Of a stretch of 64,000 nucleotides of DNA, positions 63,885 to 64,000 are shown one piece after another. Under the pieces are notes generated by a model. It made no database searches and had not been told where the DNA came from. It saw only the letters and a program-made list of their open reading frames with translations. Origin of the DNA: Octopus vulgaris. Its lineage: Eukaryota. The translations under genes and the position numbers were made by a program. Position 1 is the stretch's first letter. Every line of letters starts with the position of its first letter. Location: positions 12,586,001-12,650,000 of the forward strand of contig OX597828.1 of the NCBI GenBank assembly GCA_951406725.2. The letters run 5' to 3'.

Positions 63885-64000
63885 CACAAGGCTTGGGGAA
63901 GCTTGGGGAAGCTTGGGGAAGCTTGGGGAAGGAGATAGTTGATTACATCGACCCTAGTGCGCTAATGATACTTATTTTATCGACCCTGAAAGAATGACAG
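63885..64000 (-). mobile_element. SINE family B 3' part with (GCTTGGGGAA)x4
   Basis: GATTACATCGACCC..TACTTATTTTATCGACCC. Confidence 0.7.

Overview
Eukaryotic, AT-rich, very microsatellite-dense intronic/intergenic DNA, most likely from an octopus (coleoid cephalopod). This is inferred from the SINE and MITE families and the repeat landscape, not from a database search. I recognise no host protein-coding exon, and almost all ORFs in the track are microsatellite or SINE artefacts. The window holds dozens of tRNA-derived SINEs in four head families (here A-D) with exchangeable 3' modules. It also holds decayed LINE fragments (R4/Dong, RTE, CR1-like, L1/Tx1-like), a Penelope GIY-YIG fragment, three copies of an internally deleted mariner, two Tc1 relics, hAT relics, Helitrons and several MITEs. 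The most interesting signal is a set of at least five unrelated non-coding elements, each carrying a minimal type-I hammerhead ribozyme with a palindromic helix III (45079, 46149, 46845, 54680 plus a mirror copy, 56923). Three are clustered on the same strand within 2 kb of (TA)n arrays. Three carry an inverted end segment, and two of those also a direct terminal repeat, as in Penelope pseudo-LTRs/retrozymes. They are candidate non-autonomous, ribozyme-processed (possibly circular-RNA) retroelements that target (TA)n.
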